The notes: a model not told the origin generated them from the letters alone. 35,330 nt of DNA from a virus (IMGVR_UViG_3300046059_000011:1-35330), one strand, 5' to 3'; positions 15,031-25,004 are shown, counted from the first letter of the stretch. Translations and numbers: made by a program.

Positions 15031-16740
15031 CTAGATCACCCGAACGTTATTGTACGTTTCCCCATCTTCCCCATCCACCACCCAGGTGCCATCATCGTTC
15101 CGAGACTGAAGCGTTCCCACCACCAGCAGGCCACCGGCCTGGCCACCGCCTGCAGTGCCACCAGACCGATCACTAAATTGCTGGATATTGTTACTGATGT
15201 CGTTCCTGATCAGGCTGCCACCGCTGCCGATCAGATCCCCGAGGTTCCGTTTCGATGTTCCGAAATCGATGGCCGTTTTCGCTGCCTCGGGGGTTACGCT
15301 GTATTCCACTGATTTCACGCGGAAGATATTACTGGCCACCTTCGATGGGATCCCCCGACTGGGATAATACACTTCGGCTTCATCGCCTGGATCGGCTGGG
15401 TGAACGCCTGGAACCGGGGCCTGGCCAGATACTGGGGTTCGAAGAAACTGTTCCAGTGCTTCTTTGGCGATGTCTAACGCCTGGCTGAAGCTGGTGAAGG
15501 TGTTACTCGATAGGGATTCAGCCCGAAGGTTGATCTGATCGATGTCGTTCTGGGGGGCTGGGCTGGAATCGTATATCACACCTGCATCTGGGTATTCCCC
15601 TGTTTCGAACGGGTTATCTAAAGACCACTGCAGATCGCCATCATACGCCCAGGCCCAGATGTTTACGGATCCTGACCCGTTCACCTTTATGAAGTTCCGA
15701 ACGCCATCCAGATCCCGGTTCGCTGCTGGCTTCAGCACGTTATCACCTTCGCGGAACAGGTATCGATCCGGGCTGGCCGTGGATTCCGGCTGCACCACCA
15801 GTTCATCGAAATCGTTTACATAGTATTCCCAGGAACGGGCTTCATCCAGGCCCGAGATATACGAAACGATACGCCGAACGGCTTCATCCACACTGGTTAG
15901 GTTCGCCAGCGAAAAGTTCCAGTCTGTCTTTACGTAATTGAAGATCTGCCCCCCGAGGGATACGATGTCATACTGGCCGGGGGAAACATCGGTTGTGATG
16001 CTGTCCACCTGCACCCATTTTTGGTTTCCACCCGATAGTGCCAGTTTGAACGTATCTGTTCCATACGCATCTTCCACGCTGTCACCTGGGGGAAGATCGA
16101 TGCTGGCCGTTACGGTGTTTCCATCATCATCCTGGCCGGTGATGTCGGCTGAATAGGTTACGCTGGTGGTGTTCACATAGGAATCGATGCGGATTTCCGC
16201 TTCATACCCGTTTGAAGCGGTTTCGTGCTGATTGAATTCATCGTTCGATACGTTAAATTCTTGAACGTGTGCGATGTCTATTACCCCGAAGTCCACAGAA
16301 CCAGCGAACGTGCCATATGTGGATTCCAGATCCGAGGGATCGAACGTGATTTCCCGAACCTTCCCGGCTGATGTATCCACTATTGCATCGATCACCTGAA
16401 ACAGATTATCTTCATCGATGGATCCGGCTGCGGTAGCATCCTTTAGCAGCCCATCGGCTTCCCGTGCATCCACCGTTACGATGGGGTTTTCTTCATCATC
16501 CTTCACGGAATCGGTGTATCCATCGAACGTTACGGTATTGTTCTGATCCGTGATGGTGATGCTGATGTCTTTCTGTTCTTCCAGTGCGTGTGGCCGTTCG
16601 CTGGTATCGAGGGTTACAGTGGCTGAATTCGGTTTGTTTTCTTCCTGGATGATCTTTATTTCGGCTGCATCCTGGGAAACATCCCCTTCCGGCTGGATGG
16701 TGACTGTCCAATTAACAGAATACGCCTGGGTGCTGGGCAT
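15031..16740 (-). CDS. baseplate hub / tail-tip protein (gp27/gpD-like)
   Basis: N-terminal PNSATVTL...FDGYTDSV...VTVDAR and C-terminal GDEAEV...FRVKSVEYSV...TAIDFG, typical of hub proteins; lies in the tail module. Confidence 0.65.
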   Translation of the reverse strand: MPSTQAYSVNWTVTIQPEGDVSQDAAEIKIIQEENKPNSATVTLDTSERPHALEEQKDISITITDQNNTVTFDGYTDSVKDDEENPIVTVDAREADGLLKDATAAGSIDEDNLFQVIDAIVDTSAGKVREITFDPSDLESTYGTFAGSVDFGVIDIAHVQEFNVSNDEFNQHETASNGYEAEIRIDSYVNTTSVTYSADITGQDDDGNTVTASIDLPPGDSVEDAYGTDTFKLALSGGNQKWVQVDSITTDVSPGQYDIVSLGGQIFNYVKTDWNFSLANLTSVDEAVRRIVSYISGLDEARSWEYYVNDFDELVVQPESTASPDRYLFREGDNVLKPAANRDLDGVRNFIKVNGSGSVNIWAWAYDGDLQWSLDNPFETGEYPDAGVIYDSSPAPQNDIDQINLRAESLSSNTFTSFSQALDIAKEALEQFLRTPVSGQAPVPGVHPADPGDEAEVYYPSRGIPSKVASNIFRVKSVEYSVTPEAAKTAIDFGTSKRNLGDLIGSGGSLIRNDISNNIQQFSDRSGGTAGGGQAGGLLVVGTLQSRNDDGTWVVDGEDGETYNNVRVI

Positions 16741-16762
16741 AGTAGTTAGGTCAGCCGCTGGT

Positions 16763-17602
16763 TCACATCGATAATGTCCACGTTACCTTCAGTTCCTGGC
16801 TGCTGGTTTTATCGATAGTAGGATCCACCACTGTTCTGTTCAGAATCGTATCATCCGAGGTTTTCGAAGCCCCTGCACTGCTGGGCATACCGGATAATGC
16901 GGCTTCAGCGATGGATACGTTCGCCTGGCCAGTTCCGAACAGCCAGGTGCCAGTGATTTCCACGGCTGAACCATCACGGGTGTATTCACCACCGTTCGTG
17001 TTCGGATCCAAATCGATTCTGGTATCTTCAGCGCCGAGGCTAGTATCTGATTCGGATACGCTGGTTCCATCAGTTCCCACGGCCAGCCAGCGGAACGGGT
17101 GCTGCACGTAAGAGACATCCACGCTGATGTTATCAGTCCCCGATGATGGGGCTGAATCGAACTGCAGCAGTCCGTTCCAGTAATCCATCGCATAATCGGC
17201 TGGGGCAGACTGGCTATTACCACCCACCGTTACGCTGTCCACCGTTTCGATGGGGAAATACGGATATGGTAACTGGAAATCGGTGGTGGTTCCATCACCG
17301 CTGAAGGTGATTCCGGTGGTGGATCGAGGCAGGCCAGCCAGCCACCGAAGGATTTCATTTTCACCTTCATTCACCACGGTGTTCTGTTCCACCTGCTGCA
17401 CCACTTCACCTGTATCTGCCTCGATCAGTTCAAAAGTGAACGTTCCCTGCATCCGGCTTCCCACTTCATCGTGGAAATGGCCTGGGCGTTCTGGGCGATC
17501 TGGATCTTCACCGCTGATTCCCAGTGCGTTCAGGATGTTCCTTCGGGCTGTTCTGCTGAATTCCCGGATGTCGGGTGTGCTGTTATCCTTCATCGTAATC
17601 AC
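16763..17602 (-). CDS. tail fibre/baseplate-associated structural protein
   Basis: NTVVNEG...WLAVGTDGT...DTSLGAE...IAEAAL...IDKTSSQELKVTWTL resembles tail-fibre attachment domains, with an inserted beta domain. Confidence 0.6.
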   Translation of the reverse strand: MITMKDNSTPDIREFSRTARRNILNALGISGEDPDRPERPGHFHDEVGSRMQGTFTFELIEADTGEVVQQVEQNTVVNEGENEILRWLAGLPRSTTGITFSGDGTTTDFQLPYPYFPIETVDSVTVGGNSQSAPADYAMDYWNGLLQFDSAPSSGTDNISVDVSYVQHPFRWLAVGTDGTSVSESDTSLGAEDTRIDLDPNTNGGEYTRDGSAVEITGTWLFGTGQANVSIAEAALSGMPSSAGASKTSDDTILNRTVVDPTIDKTSSQELKVTWTLSM

Positions 17603-18327
17603 TTCCCGTATGCTTCCCAGCGAAAATCCGCTGTGCCTGAACCGGCTGCCGTGGTTATGTATGCCTCGATGGTGAACCCAGTGCTGCTAATGGTGGTGGG
17701 ATCCACACGCCAGAACCCGAATTCCACGCTGGTATCATCGATGGCGTTCAAGTGGGCCACCGCTGAATCACAACCGTTCTGATATGGATTCGTGAACGTG
17801 ACCGAGACTGTCTTAATCCCAGCCGTATCGATGGCTATGGTTCCAGATGTGCCTGATTTCCTGCCGGTGATGTTCCGGTTCGCCTGATCATCCCGATACG
17901 GAACGTATTCCCGGAAATCGGTGGTTCCAGTCACCCCAGAACCATCGGTGGTGGCTTCCCAGATCTTCAGTACATACTGGCCGGATGGTGTGCTTCCATC
18001 GCTGGTGTAAGTCACCTGCGCGTTCCCGGTGGCTGAATCAGACACCACCAGGAAGATTTCGTTCGTTGTGGATGCATCGAGGGTTAGGGTGATCGCTGCA
18101 TCGTTCCGAACCAGATGGCCACCCAGGAACGCATCGCCCACCGCTATATCCACATCGTAACTGCTGCCACTTGTGGTGATGTCGAAATCCCCGCCAGTGA
18201 ACGGATCCACGATGTGATCCGACATCCGGCCACCGTTTCCGCTGATCAGCCGATCCCGTTCGGAATCGATGGCCGATTCCTCGGAAAAGCCGCTGTTCGA
18301 TCCGACAGGATACGCTTCGATGGCCAT
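17599..18327 (-). CDS. tail fibre/receptor-binding-like structural protein
   Basis: Thr/Ser/Gly-rich beta protein; C-terminal VSVTFTNPY...GFTIE...FRWEAYG resembles fibre tip domains. Confidence 0.6.
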   Translation of the reverse strand: MAIEAYPVGSNSGFSEESAIDSERDRLISGNGGRMSDHIVDPFTGGDFDITTSGSSYDVDIAVGDAFLGGHLVRNDAAITLTLDASTTNEIFLVVSDSATGNAQVTYTSDGSTPSGQYVLKIWEATTDGSGVTGTTDFREYVPYRDDQANRNITGRKSGTSGTIAIDTAGIKTVSVTFTNPYQNGCDSAVAHLNAIDDTSVEFGFWRVDPTTISSTGFTIEAYITTAAGSGTADFRWEAYGK

Positions 18328-18338
18328 TATCGATGAAC

Positions 18339-18377
18339 ACGGCAGTTCACCGCATAAACCAGCATCACGCTGGATTC
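18339..18377 (-). promoter_or_regulatory. Putative late promoter, 39-bp exact duplicate of 24842-24880
   Basis: acggcagttcaccgcataaaccagcatcacgctggattc; TTTAT at -31 to -27 from the ATG at 18327. Confidence 0.75.
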
Positions 18378-18385
18378 AGCGGGGG

Positions 18386-19507
18386 TTACGGTGGCCCTAT
18401 CGCACCATCGCCATCATCAGTGGACATATACAAAGCCCCATCTGATTCAAACCCTTCATCCCAGATCCCGGACATCCCCCAGCCGTCACCTTCAGGAACG
18501 TTCACTTCATGCTGAATGGTTTCCCCAGTCGGATCCGAGGTTCTGATCGCCAGTTCGATCCCAGCATGGCCGCTGATATATTCACCAGCCTGCTGGAACG
18601 ACATCGTTAGTTCGATCAGGCGGGTGTTATCTGGCACATCTTCAACATACACCCAGTTTTCCCCACCACCACGCTGTTCATCATACACCGAATTCGTTAA
18701 TCTGTAAATTTCCCCGCCATACGCTTCCACATCGATGGTGGCCGTATCTGATTTTGTCCCAGATTCCACCAGTGCAGTGTGGCTTCCCACCTGGTTTTCC
18801 GTATCAGGCCACTTCAGCGTGATCGGATAGGTGGCACCGCCCGGAACGTTTTCCACTTCCCGGTTCACCACGTATTCCCCATCGATAAACAGAACGATAT
18901 TCCCCGACTGTTCGGAACCGAGGTTATTCACCACATTCACGTTAATAATAGCAGTGGCACCTTCAGCCACGGCGCTGTTCGTATCGTATATATCCACGCT
19001 GAAATCCCCTTCAGGAACATCGTTTCGAACCTGAACGGTGATCGAGGTGCTGGCTGAATCGAATCCAGATTTCACGGTGGCCGAATAATCCCCTGCATCG
19101 CCATCTGCAGTATTCCAGGCCAGTGTGGTTGTTTCCGTGCTGTTCGCTGGCACTGTTACATCCTGATCATCCCGAACCAGATTATCGATGGTTAGGGTGA
19201 TGGTGCCTGATTCCTCGGAATCGTTATTATTCGTAACTTCCACCGTTACGGTTAGGGTATCCCCCTCGATGATCGGGCTGTTCGTGGATCTGATGGAAAG
19301 TGCCAGATCACCAGATGCGACAGATGCGACAGTTTGCCCCAGTTCAGGGGAAGCCAGCAGCACTTCATCACCCACAGAGGGGGCTGATTCGCCCCTAGCC
19401 TTTCCATCGCCGTATATGATGGCCTGATCGCCTGTTCCCTTCGGTGTGCGTGAAAGGCCCAGTTCCTCGGTGAACAACAGCACCTTTTCGCCTATTTTTA
19501 CCATCAA
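18386..19507 (-). CDS. Ig-like (CARDB-type) repeat protein, putative adhesin
   Basis: Two TNSP/AxxEG...VxVxN...W...G.Y/H.A.V.SG repeats followed by a distinct C-terminal domain. Confidence 0.7.
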   Translation of the reverse strand: MMVKIGEKVLLFTEELGLSRTPKGTGDQAIIYGDGKARGESAPSVGDEVLLASPELGQTVASVASGDLALSIRSTNSPIIEGDTLTVTVEVTNNNDSEESGTITLTIDNLVRDDQDVTVPANSTETTTLAWNTADGDAGDYSATVKSGFDSASTSITVQVRNDVPEGDFSVDIYDTNSAVAEGATAIINVNVVNNLGSEQSGNIVLFIDGEYVVNREVENVPGGATYPITLKWPDTENQVGSHTALVESGTKSDTATIDVEAYGGEIYRLTNSVYDEQRGGGENWVYVEDVPDNTRLIELTMSFQQAGEYISGHAGIELAIRTSDPTGETIQHEVNVPEGDGWGMSGIWDEGFESDGALYMSTDDGDGAIGPP

Positions 19508-19510
19508 GGA

Positions 19511-21562
19511 TCACCCGCCATACCTCGATACCACCCCACCACCTTCATATTCATTTCCACTGGTATCGTATTTCGCACCGATGATTTCCCACTGGGTGTT
19601 CGGGTTCTGATCGGCATCGCCAGAACCGGCTGCCGGATCCAGCGTAACCGAATTCACGGTGGGGGTGTTCGTTTCGCTGCTGCTGATGTCGATTTTCAGC
19701 CAGTAATCGTTTAGTAGCCCACCCTGCAGGTTCGGTAATTCGTATTCAGTGGTTCCGGCCTGCAGCGTGGCTGAATCGGTGTTATTCGGCTGGCCGTTCC
19801 CGCTGGTATCTTCATAGACCGTGATGGTGATCCCCCCGCCGTTTAGGGTGAAATCCACAGTGATGTCAGGATCGCCGGAAAGAACACGGCTGCCACCATC
19901 ACCGAGGGAAATAATATCAGTAAGATCGAAGATCCCCGTGGCAGGCAGCAGGTTCGATTCCGAGACAGACAGCGTTTCTGTCGGGAACGTGGCCAGGCCC
20001 AGTGCTGGCAGCAGGTTCAAATCGGACAGTGCCAGCGTATCGCTTAGAGCCAGTAATCGTTCGAAATCGAGGTTCTGATCCCGAACCAGAAGATCATCCT
20101 GCAGGTTCAGATCTGCATCGCTGGTATCAGTGGTGTTTTCGCTGATGTCCGATGGGCGATCATCGATGGTGTTCGTAACTGAATCAGCATCGGTTTCAAC
20201 CCGATACAGTTCGATATAGTTTCCGCTGGTAGGATACCCAGATGTGGCTGTCTGAACGGTGGCAGCACCATCCGTATTATCATCTTCCACCCAGATGTGA
20301 TTCGTATCGTTCGATCCCAGTAGCAGCCTGGTATCGTTCCACGTGCTGGTGGTGCCTGAAGCGATTTCGTAATCCCCACCGAACACGGTGAAATATATAT
20401 CGCCATCGATGGTTTCACCGCCATCATCACCCCCTTCCTCGTATTCCCGATCCTGGATCAGTATGGCACGGACATCTACCACCCGCTGAATGGTGCCACC
20501 CGAGACTTCCACCCGATACAGTTCCAGTGCATCAGCCGGAAACGCCGACTGATTCACCTTCACCGTTCCGTATCCATCCCCATCCTGATCATCCACGTAA
20601 ACGTAATTCGTATCGTTATCAGACAGCGTTACGGTGGTTTCGTTCCATTCCAGATAATCATCGTTCAGGCTGCCGCTGCCACCTTCCACGGTGAATTCCT
20701 GGCCGGTGAACGATGAATCACCGCTTCCAGAACTGCCTGCATACGTCCCAGTCTGCTGCACTTCCTGATCGACGTAACTGGATACATCACCGATCCCGCT
20801 GGTGGGATCCTTCACGATCATCACATCCAGATCATACTGGAACAGCCCCTGCAGGTAATCAGGTGCCTCGGGGCTGTTCCTGATTGATAAGGAATCGATC
20901 AGGCACCAGCCTTTCTGGAATTCTGCCGAAAGAAACGCTAGCACGTTATTACGTGCTTTTTCCCACAGCGTAGACTGGCCATCCCCATCAATCATCCCCG
21001 AGACTGTTACCTTTGGCACCAGTCCCGCATTATCGATGGATCTGGAAATCCCCTGCAGCCGCTTTACCTGTTCAGTCTGTCGTTCGTAATTCTGGGTGAC
21101 TGAACGTGGGTCATATCCTAAATCAAGGCTGCCCAGTTCGAACGTGTTTCCCGTATCTGGTGGGTTTCGGGATGGGTAGGCTGAACTGTCGGTGGTATCG
21201 TCGTTTACCGTAAAGGTGAACGAATATGTGGATTCGCCTTTCGACTGGCGAAACGGATCATCTTCGATGATGCAGGTGCCAGAAAAGAACGGATCGAATT
21301 CCACATCCACTTCACCACCAGCGATGGCGATTTCCTGCATCCGTTCCAGTTCAGCCAGATCATCTGCATCTTCACCCAGCGGTGGATCTAGTGCCAGCGT
21401 GCCATCCGCCTGGAACTGAAGATCCTGAAAATCGCTTTGATAGAAATCAGTTGATTCCTTATCTACTGCTGGCTGGGGGCTGTTTCCCACCCTGGCCAGT
21501 TTTCGGTATTCCTCGGGTGGATTTTCGAATGTGTAACCGGCCACTGTAAGTTCATACGCCAT
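19511..21562 (-). CDS. distal tail/baseplate protein
   Basis: Directly follows the tape measure gene; internally duplicated beta domains. Confidence 0.6.
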   Translation of the reverse strand: MAYELTVAGYTFENPPEEYRKLARVGNSPQPAVDKESTDFYQSDFQDLQFQADGTLALDPPLGEDADDLAELERMQEIAIAGGEVDVEFDPFFSGTCIIEDDPFRQSKGESTYSFTFTVNDDTTDSSAYPSRNPPDTGNTFELGSLDLGYDPRSVTQNYERQTEQVKRLQGISRSIDNAGLVPKVTVSGMIDGDGQSTLWEKARNNVLAFLSAEFQKGWCLIDSLSIRNSPEAPDYLQGLFQYDLDVMIVKDPTSGIGDVSSYVDQEVQQTGTYAGSSGSGDSSFTGQEFTVEGGSGSLNDDYLEWNETTVTLSDNDTNYVYVDDQDGDGYGTVKVNQSAFPADALELYRVEVSGGTIQRVVDVRAILIQDREYEEGGDDGGETIDGDIYFTVFGGDYEIASGTTSTWNDTRLLLGSNDTNHIWVEDDNTDGAATVQTATSGYPTSGNYIELYRVETDADSVTNTIDDRPSDISENTTDTSDADLNLQDDLLVRDQNLDFERLLALSDTLALSDLNLLPALGLATFPTETLSVSESNLLPATGIFDLTDIISLGDGGSRVLSGDPDITVDFTLNGGGITITVYEDTSGNGQPNNTDSATLQAGTTEYELPNLQGGLLNDYWLKIDISSSETNTPTVNSVTLDPAAGSGDADQNPNTQWEIIGAKYDTSGNEYEGGGVVSRYGG

Positions 21563-21568
21563 ATCAGA

Positions 21569-23881
21569 TCACGTTCCGTTATTCTGCCGCTGTTCCCGTG
21601 TTACCTGATCGGCCACGTTCCGACTGAACGAATACGGATCATCCTGCAGATCCCCACCCACATCCACGTTCACTTCCGTGTTATTGATTTGCCGCTGAAT
21701 CCCGCTGGCCTGCTGCCGGTTCTGCTGCTGCACCCGGCTGAATGATGTTTCTCGCTGATCGAGAGACAGATCATCAGCAATGCTGCTGGTATCCACCCGA
21801 TCCAGGGTTTCTATATCCCCGATGTCCCTTCCGATTACTTCCGAGACAGCATCAGCCACTTCATCGATTCCTTCCAGGAAGTTATTTACGATGTCTATCA
21901 CACCGTTTATGGCCGTATCGATCCCCTGGCTGATCAGTTCGATAATCCCGTTAAACACGGATGCGAATAGATTGAACAGCACGTTTAACTGCACTTCCGC
22001 TGCCGATACCAGGAAGATCAGCCCTTCCAGCACCAGGTTCGGCAGCGTGTTCAGGAAGAAATCGATGAACCCCTGGGCGATTCCCTGAATCCAACCCATT
22101 ATGAACTGCCCAGCACCGGCCAGGATGCTTACGATGTATTCACCCACAGAAACGATGGCACTGATGATAATATCGCCCACGTTCGTGAAGGCAGATGCGA
22201 ACGTATTCAGGATCTGTTTGGCGTTATCCACAGCACCCTGCAGATCACCACGCACCAGGCCCACGATGATTCCACCTAACGCACCCAGCAGCGGGATCAG
22301 GCCGAAGGACAGCACCGAGGCTGCCACCAGGACTGCATCCACCACATCACCGCTGAAGAAATCAGCGAACGCTTTACCTGCATCGCCCACTGCACCCAGG
22401 AACCCGACCATATCCAGAATCTTCACAGATGCCAGCCCGATGGCTGCACCGATGGCCACCAGTGCCGTTGTGGATCCAGCGATGATCGAACCCACTGTGG
22501 AAAGGATCGATCCGAGGCTGCTGAACGCACCCACCACAGTGGATAGACTGGGGATCACCCCCGCCAGGAACTGCCCCATCGATATGAACAGGCCGATAAG
22601 CCCGTTAAAGCCCAGCAGCGTGGCCACTGTGGATGTGATCCCAGCCAGTTTTACCAGGATCGGGGCCAGCAGCAGCAGGCTGATCACCACACGCCGGATT
22701 CCGGGGGAAAGGCCGTTTACAGTTTCCATAAACCCATCCAGAACATCTACCAGGCCAGTGATGGCGGGGATCAGCACGTTCCCCACGTTCGTTCCGAATT
22801 CCAGCAGGGTGGGGGCCAGATCGATCAGGGAATCCAGCAGATCCATCAGTTCCGGCTTTAGTTCTTCCACGCTGGCAGCCATCGCATCCAGTGCATCACC
22901 CCCATTATCCTGCAGGAAATTCACCAGATCCCGAAGCACTGGAAGGGCAGCACGTGCTAGATCGAACATCAGCCCCACCAGCGTAGGCAGCACATCGGCA
23001 GCGATGGATCCGAATTCCCGCAGTGCCTCTTTGAACTGATCAGTGCCACCCACAGCGTTCAGCATTTCCCGAACCACATCTGGGATCGCATCCACCGCAT
23101 CCCGGATCAGTGGGATAAATTCCCTGCCGAAATCCACGATAAGCGGCTTCAGTTCTTCCTTCAGATCCCCCACCACGCCTGCTAAGGCACCAGTGGCCGT
23201 GGTTTGATCCTGCAGTTCTTCCTTCTTTTCACGTAACTGCCGAAGCCGTTCCTGCTGCTGGGATGTAAGCCCACCCTGGGTTTCGGCCATCGTTTCATAC
23301 TGGCTGATCAGCCTATCTGTCTGTGCCAGTTCTTCCTGGTTCTGCTGGGCCTGCTGTTCCCCGAAGGCCAAAATACCGGATCCGATGATCAGCCCGAACG
23401 CACCGGCCAGTGCAGCAGCACCAGCGGCCAAAGCCCCGAGGGTAACAACTAACGGGGCCAGCACTGTGGCTGCCGTAAGCACTGCCGGGATAAGAGACAG
23501 CGTGAACGCTGTGGATAATGTTCCCACCGATAGGCTGGCACCAGAGGCAGAAAGCGATAGGCTGCTGAACGCACCAGATGTGGCCTGGCTTTGGGCGGCT
23601 GCCTGGGTAGCCTGATCGCCAACTTCATCCAGTGCATCCTGCAGGAACTGGGCCTTCACGCCTGTACTAACGGCTTCATCGCCCACTTCATCCAGTGCTG
23701 CCTGAAGGACTGCAGCCGTTCGGGTGGCCGAACCCATTTCATCTGCAGCCGCATCCAGCCCTTCGGCTGCCACATGGCCATCATCCGAAAGGCCGGTGAG
23801 TTCAGAACCCACATTTTCCAGGCTTTCTTCGGCTGCCTCGGTAAGTGCTGATACCAGCACCCGAACGTTCGCATCAGCCAT
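21569..23881 (-). CDS. tail tape measure protein
   Basis: 770 aa, Ala/Leu/Gly-rich helical and hydrophobic repeats, downstream of the chaperone pair. Confidence 0.9.
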   Translation of the reverse strand: MADANVRVLVSALTEAAEESLENVGSELTGLSDDGHVAAEGLDAAADEMGSATRTAAVLQAALDEVGDEAVSTGVKAQFLQDALDEVGDQATQAAAQSQATSGAFSSLSLSASGASLSVGTLSTAFTLSLIPAVLTAATVLAPLVVTLGALAAGAAALAGAFGLIIGSGILAFGEQQAQQNQEELAQTDRLISQYETMAETQGGLTSQQQERLRQLREKKEELQDQTTATGALAGVVGDLKEELKPLIVDFGREFIPLIRDAVDAIPDVVREMLNAVGGTDQFKEALREFGSIAADVLPTLVGLMFDLARAALPVLRDLVNFLQDNGGDALDAMAASVEELKPELMDLLDSLIDLAPTLLEFGTNVGNVLIPAITGLVDVLDGFMETVNGLSPGIRRVVISLLLLAPILVKLAGITSTVATLLGFNGLIGLFISMGQFLAGVIPSLSTVVGAFSSLGSILSTVGSIIAGSTTALVAIGAAIGLASVKILDMVGFLGAVGDAGKAFADFFSGDVVDAVLVAASVLSFGLIPLLGALGGIIVGLVRGDLQGAVDNAKQILNTFASAFTNVGDIIISAIVSVGEYIVSILAGAGQFIMGWIQGIAQGFIDFFLNTLPNLVLEGLIFLVSAAEVQLNVLFNLFASVFNGIIELISQGIDTAINGVIDIVNNFLEGIDEVADAVSEVIGRDIGDIETLDRVDTSSIADDLSLDQRETSFSRVQQQNRQQASGIQRQINNTEVNVDVGGDLQDDPYSFSRNVADQVTREQRQNNGT

Positions 23882-24320
23882 CCTGATCCACCCGTTTTGG
23901 TGCGTTCACGGGATCCGGTGCCTGTTCCCGCATCTGTTCGGCTTCAGCACGTTCCTGTTTCAGTTCTTCCAGGGTAGACATCTGCCCCTGGGGGCTGGGT
24001 GCCTTCATCCCTGCCTGTTCCATCTGTTCCCGCTGTTCAGCCCGTGATTCCTGATCCTGAATCATATTCCGTCGTTCCTGTCGGGAACCCACCCGGCTGC
24101 TGTTCGGGTTCGCCTGTTCACGCTTTTCTTCACGCACTTCCTCGATATGCTGGGATGTGGCCGAATACACATCGTAATTCAGATGGAAGCGTTCACCATC
24201 CGGCAGATGTCGTTCACCGAGGATCTGGCTGGGCAGCATCCCGTATTCCCTGGCCATCAGCCCAGCCTTCAGCATCACTGGATTATCTTTGAAAGGATTC
24301 TGCCCGATCCTGGGCTTCAT
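23874..24320 (-). CDS. tail assembly chaperone C-terminal extension (gpT-like), probably expressed by frameshift
   Basis: Overlaps the end of 24283..24831 in the +1 frame; AREYGMLPSQI motif; sits just before the tape measure gene. Confidence 0.7.
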   Translation of the reverse strand: MKPRIGQNPFKDNPVMLKAGLMAREYGMLPSQILGERHLPDGERFHLNYDVYSATSQHIEEVREEKREQANPNSSRVGSRQERRNMIQDQESRAEQREQMEQAGMKAPSPQGQMSTLEELKQERAEAEQMREQAPDPVNAPKRVDQDG

Positions 24321-24831
24321 CCAGCAGCGTTTCTGGATCCTGGCCAGTTACTGCACCGATCAGGAACGTTCGATCCTGATCCGTGAGATCGGCCAGATCG
24401 AACCAGCCGGGGTTCCCGATGTGATCTGGATCAGCCCAGTGAACCCGTTCTGGCTTCACCACCTGGGGCATAATCACATCCCGGAAGAACAGGATCACCC
24501 GGAACCTATCATCCAGTTCATCCAGATCTTCCTGGTCCACTTCATCCAGATCCACATCACCAGCATCGGCCAGATCCACATCACCAGCATCGGCCAGATC
24601 CGCATCGGGATCTAGATCACCCATATCTTTCGCCAGATCGGTGATCCCGTATTCATCGATCAGGGACGCGAACTTAGTGGGCTGCATCACAGCCACCCGC
24701 ACCTTCATCTGGCCATCCGGCAGCACCACGTCTTTCGTTTCCGCTGTTTGTTCCTGATACGCTTCCTGGCTGGCCCACTGAACATCATCTTCCGCTTCCT
24801 CGGGGGCAGCCTTAGTGGAATCAGTCGCCAT
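24283..24831 (-). CDS. tail assembly chaperone (gpG-like)
   Basis: Acidic ORF in the canonical position upstream of the tape measure gene. Confidence 0.75.
   Translation of the reverse strand: MATDSTKAAPEEAEDDVQWASQEAYQEQTAETKDVVLPDGQMKVRVAVMQPTKFASLIDEYGITDLAKDMGDLDPDADLADAGDVDLADAGDVDLDEVDQEDLDELDDRFRVILFFRDVIMPQVVKPERVHWADPDHIGNPGWFDLADLTDQDRTFLIGAVTGQDPETLLDEAQDRAESFQR
24546..24601. repeat. 24-bp in-frame tandem repeat (~2.3 copies)
   Basis: ccagatccacatcaccagcatcgg x2, encoding DLADAGDV repeats. Confidence 0.9.
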
Positions 24832-24841
24832 ATCCCGAGGA

Positions 24842-24880
24842 ACGGCAGTTCACCGCATAAACCAGCATCACGCTGGATTC
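24842..24880 (-). promoter_or_regulatory. Putative late promoter, 39-bp exact duplicate of 18339-18377
   Basis: TTTAT at -30 to -26 from the ATG at 24831, immediately preceded by the CCAGC-N5-GCTGG palindrome. Confidence 0.75.
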
Positions 24881-25004
24881 CACAGGGGTTTTCTGCGAAC
24901 AGGCTGCTAACATTTCCCTAACCTATATTTGAACGGTGTGCATTTTATTGAGTTACCAGCAGCCCCACTGGTGGAACGGTGGCACGCTGGAACGGTGATC
25001 AGAT

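Noticed and set aside
15031-21562. Diversity-generating retroelement or invertible tail-fibre locus
   Set aside because: No reverse transcriptase, recombinase or template/variable repeat pair was seen.
22101-23039. 312-aa plus-strand ORF and many similar antisense ORFs
   Set aside because: Shadows of minus-strand genes caused by codon bias; non-acidic and without start signals.
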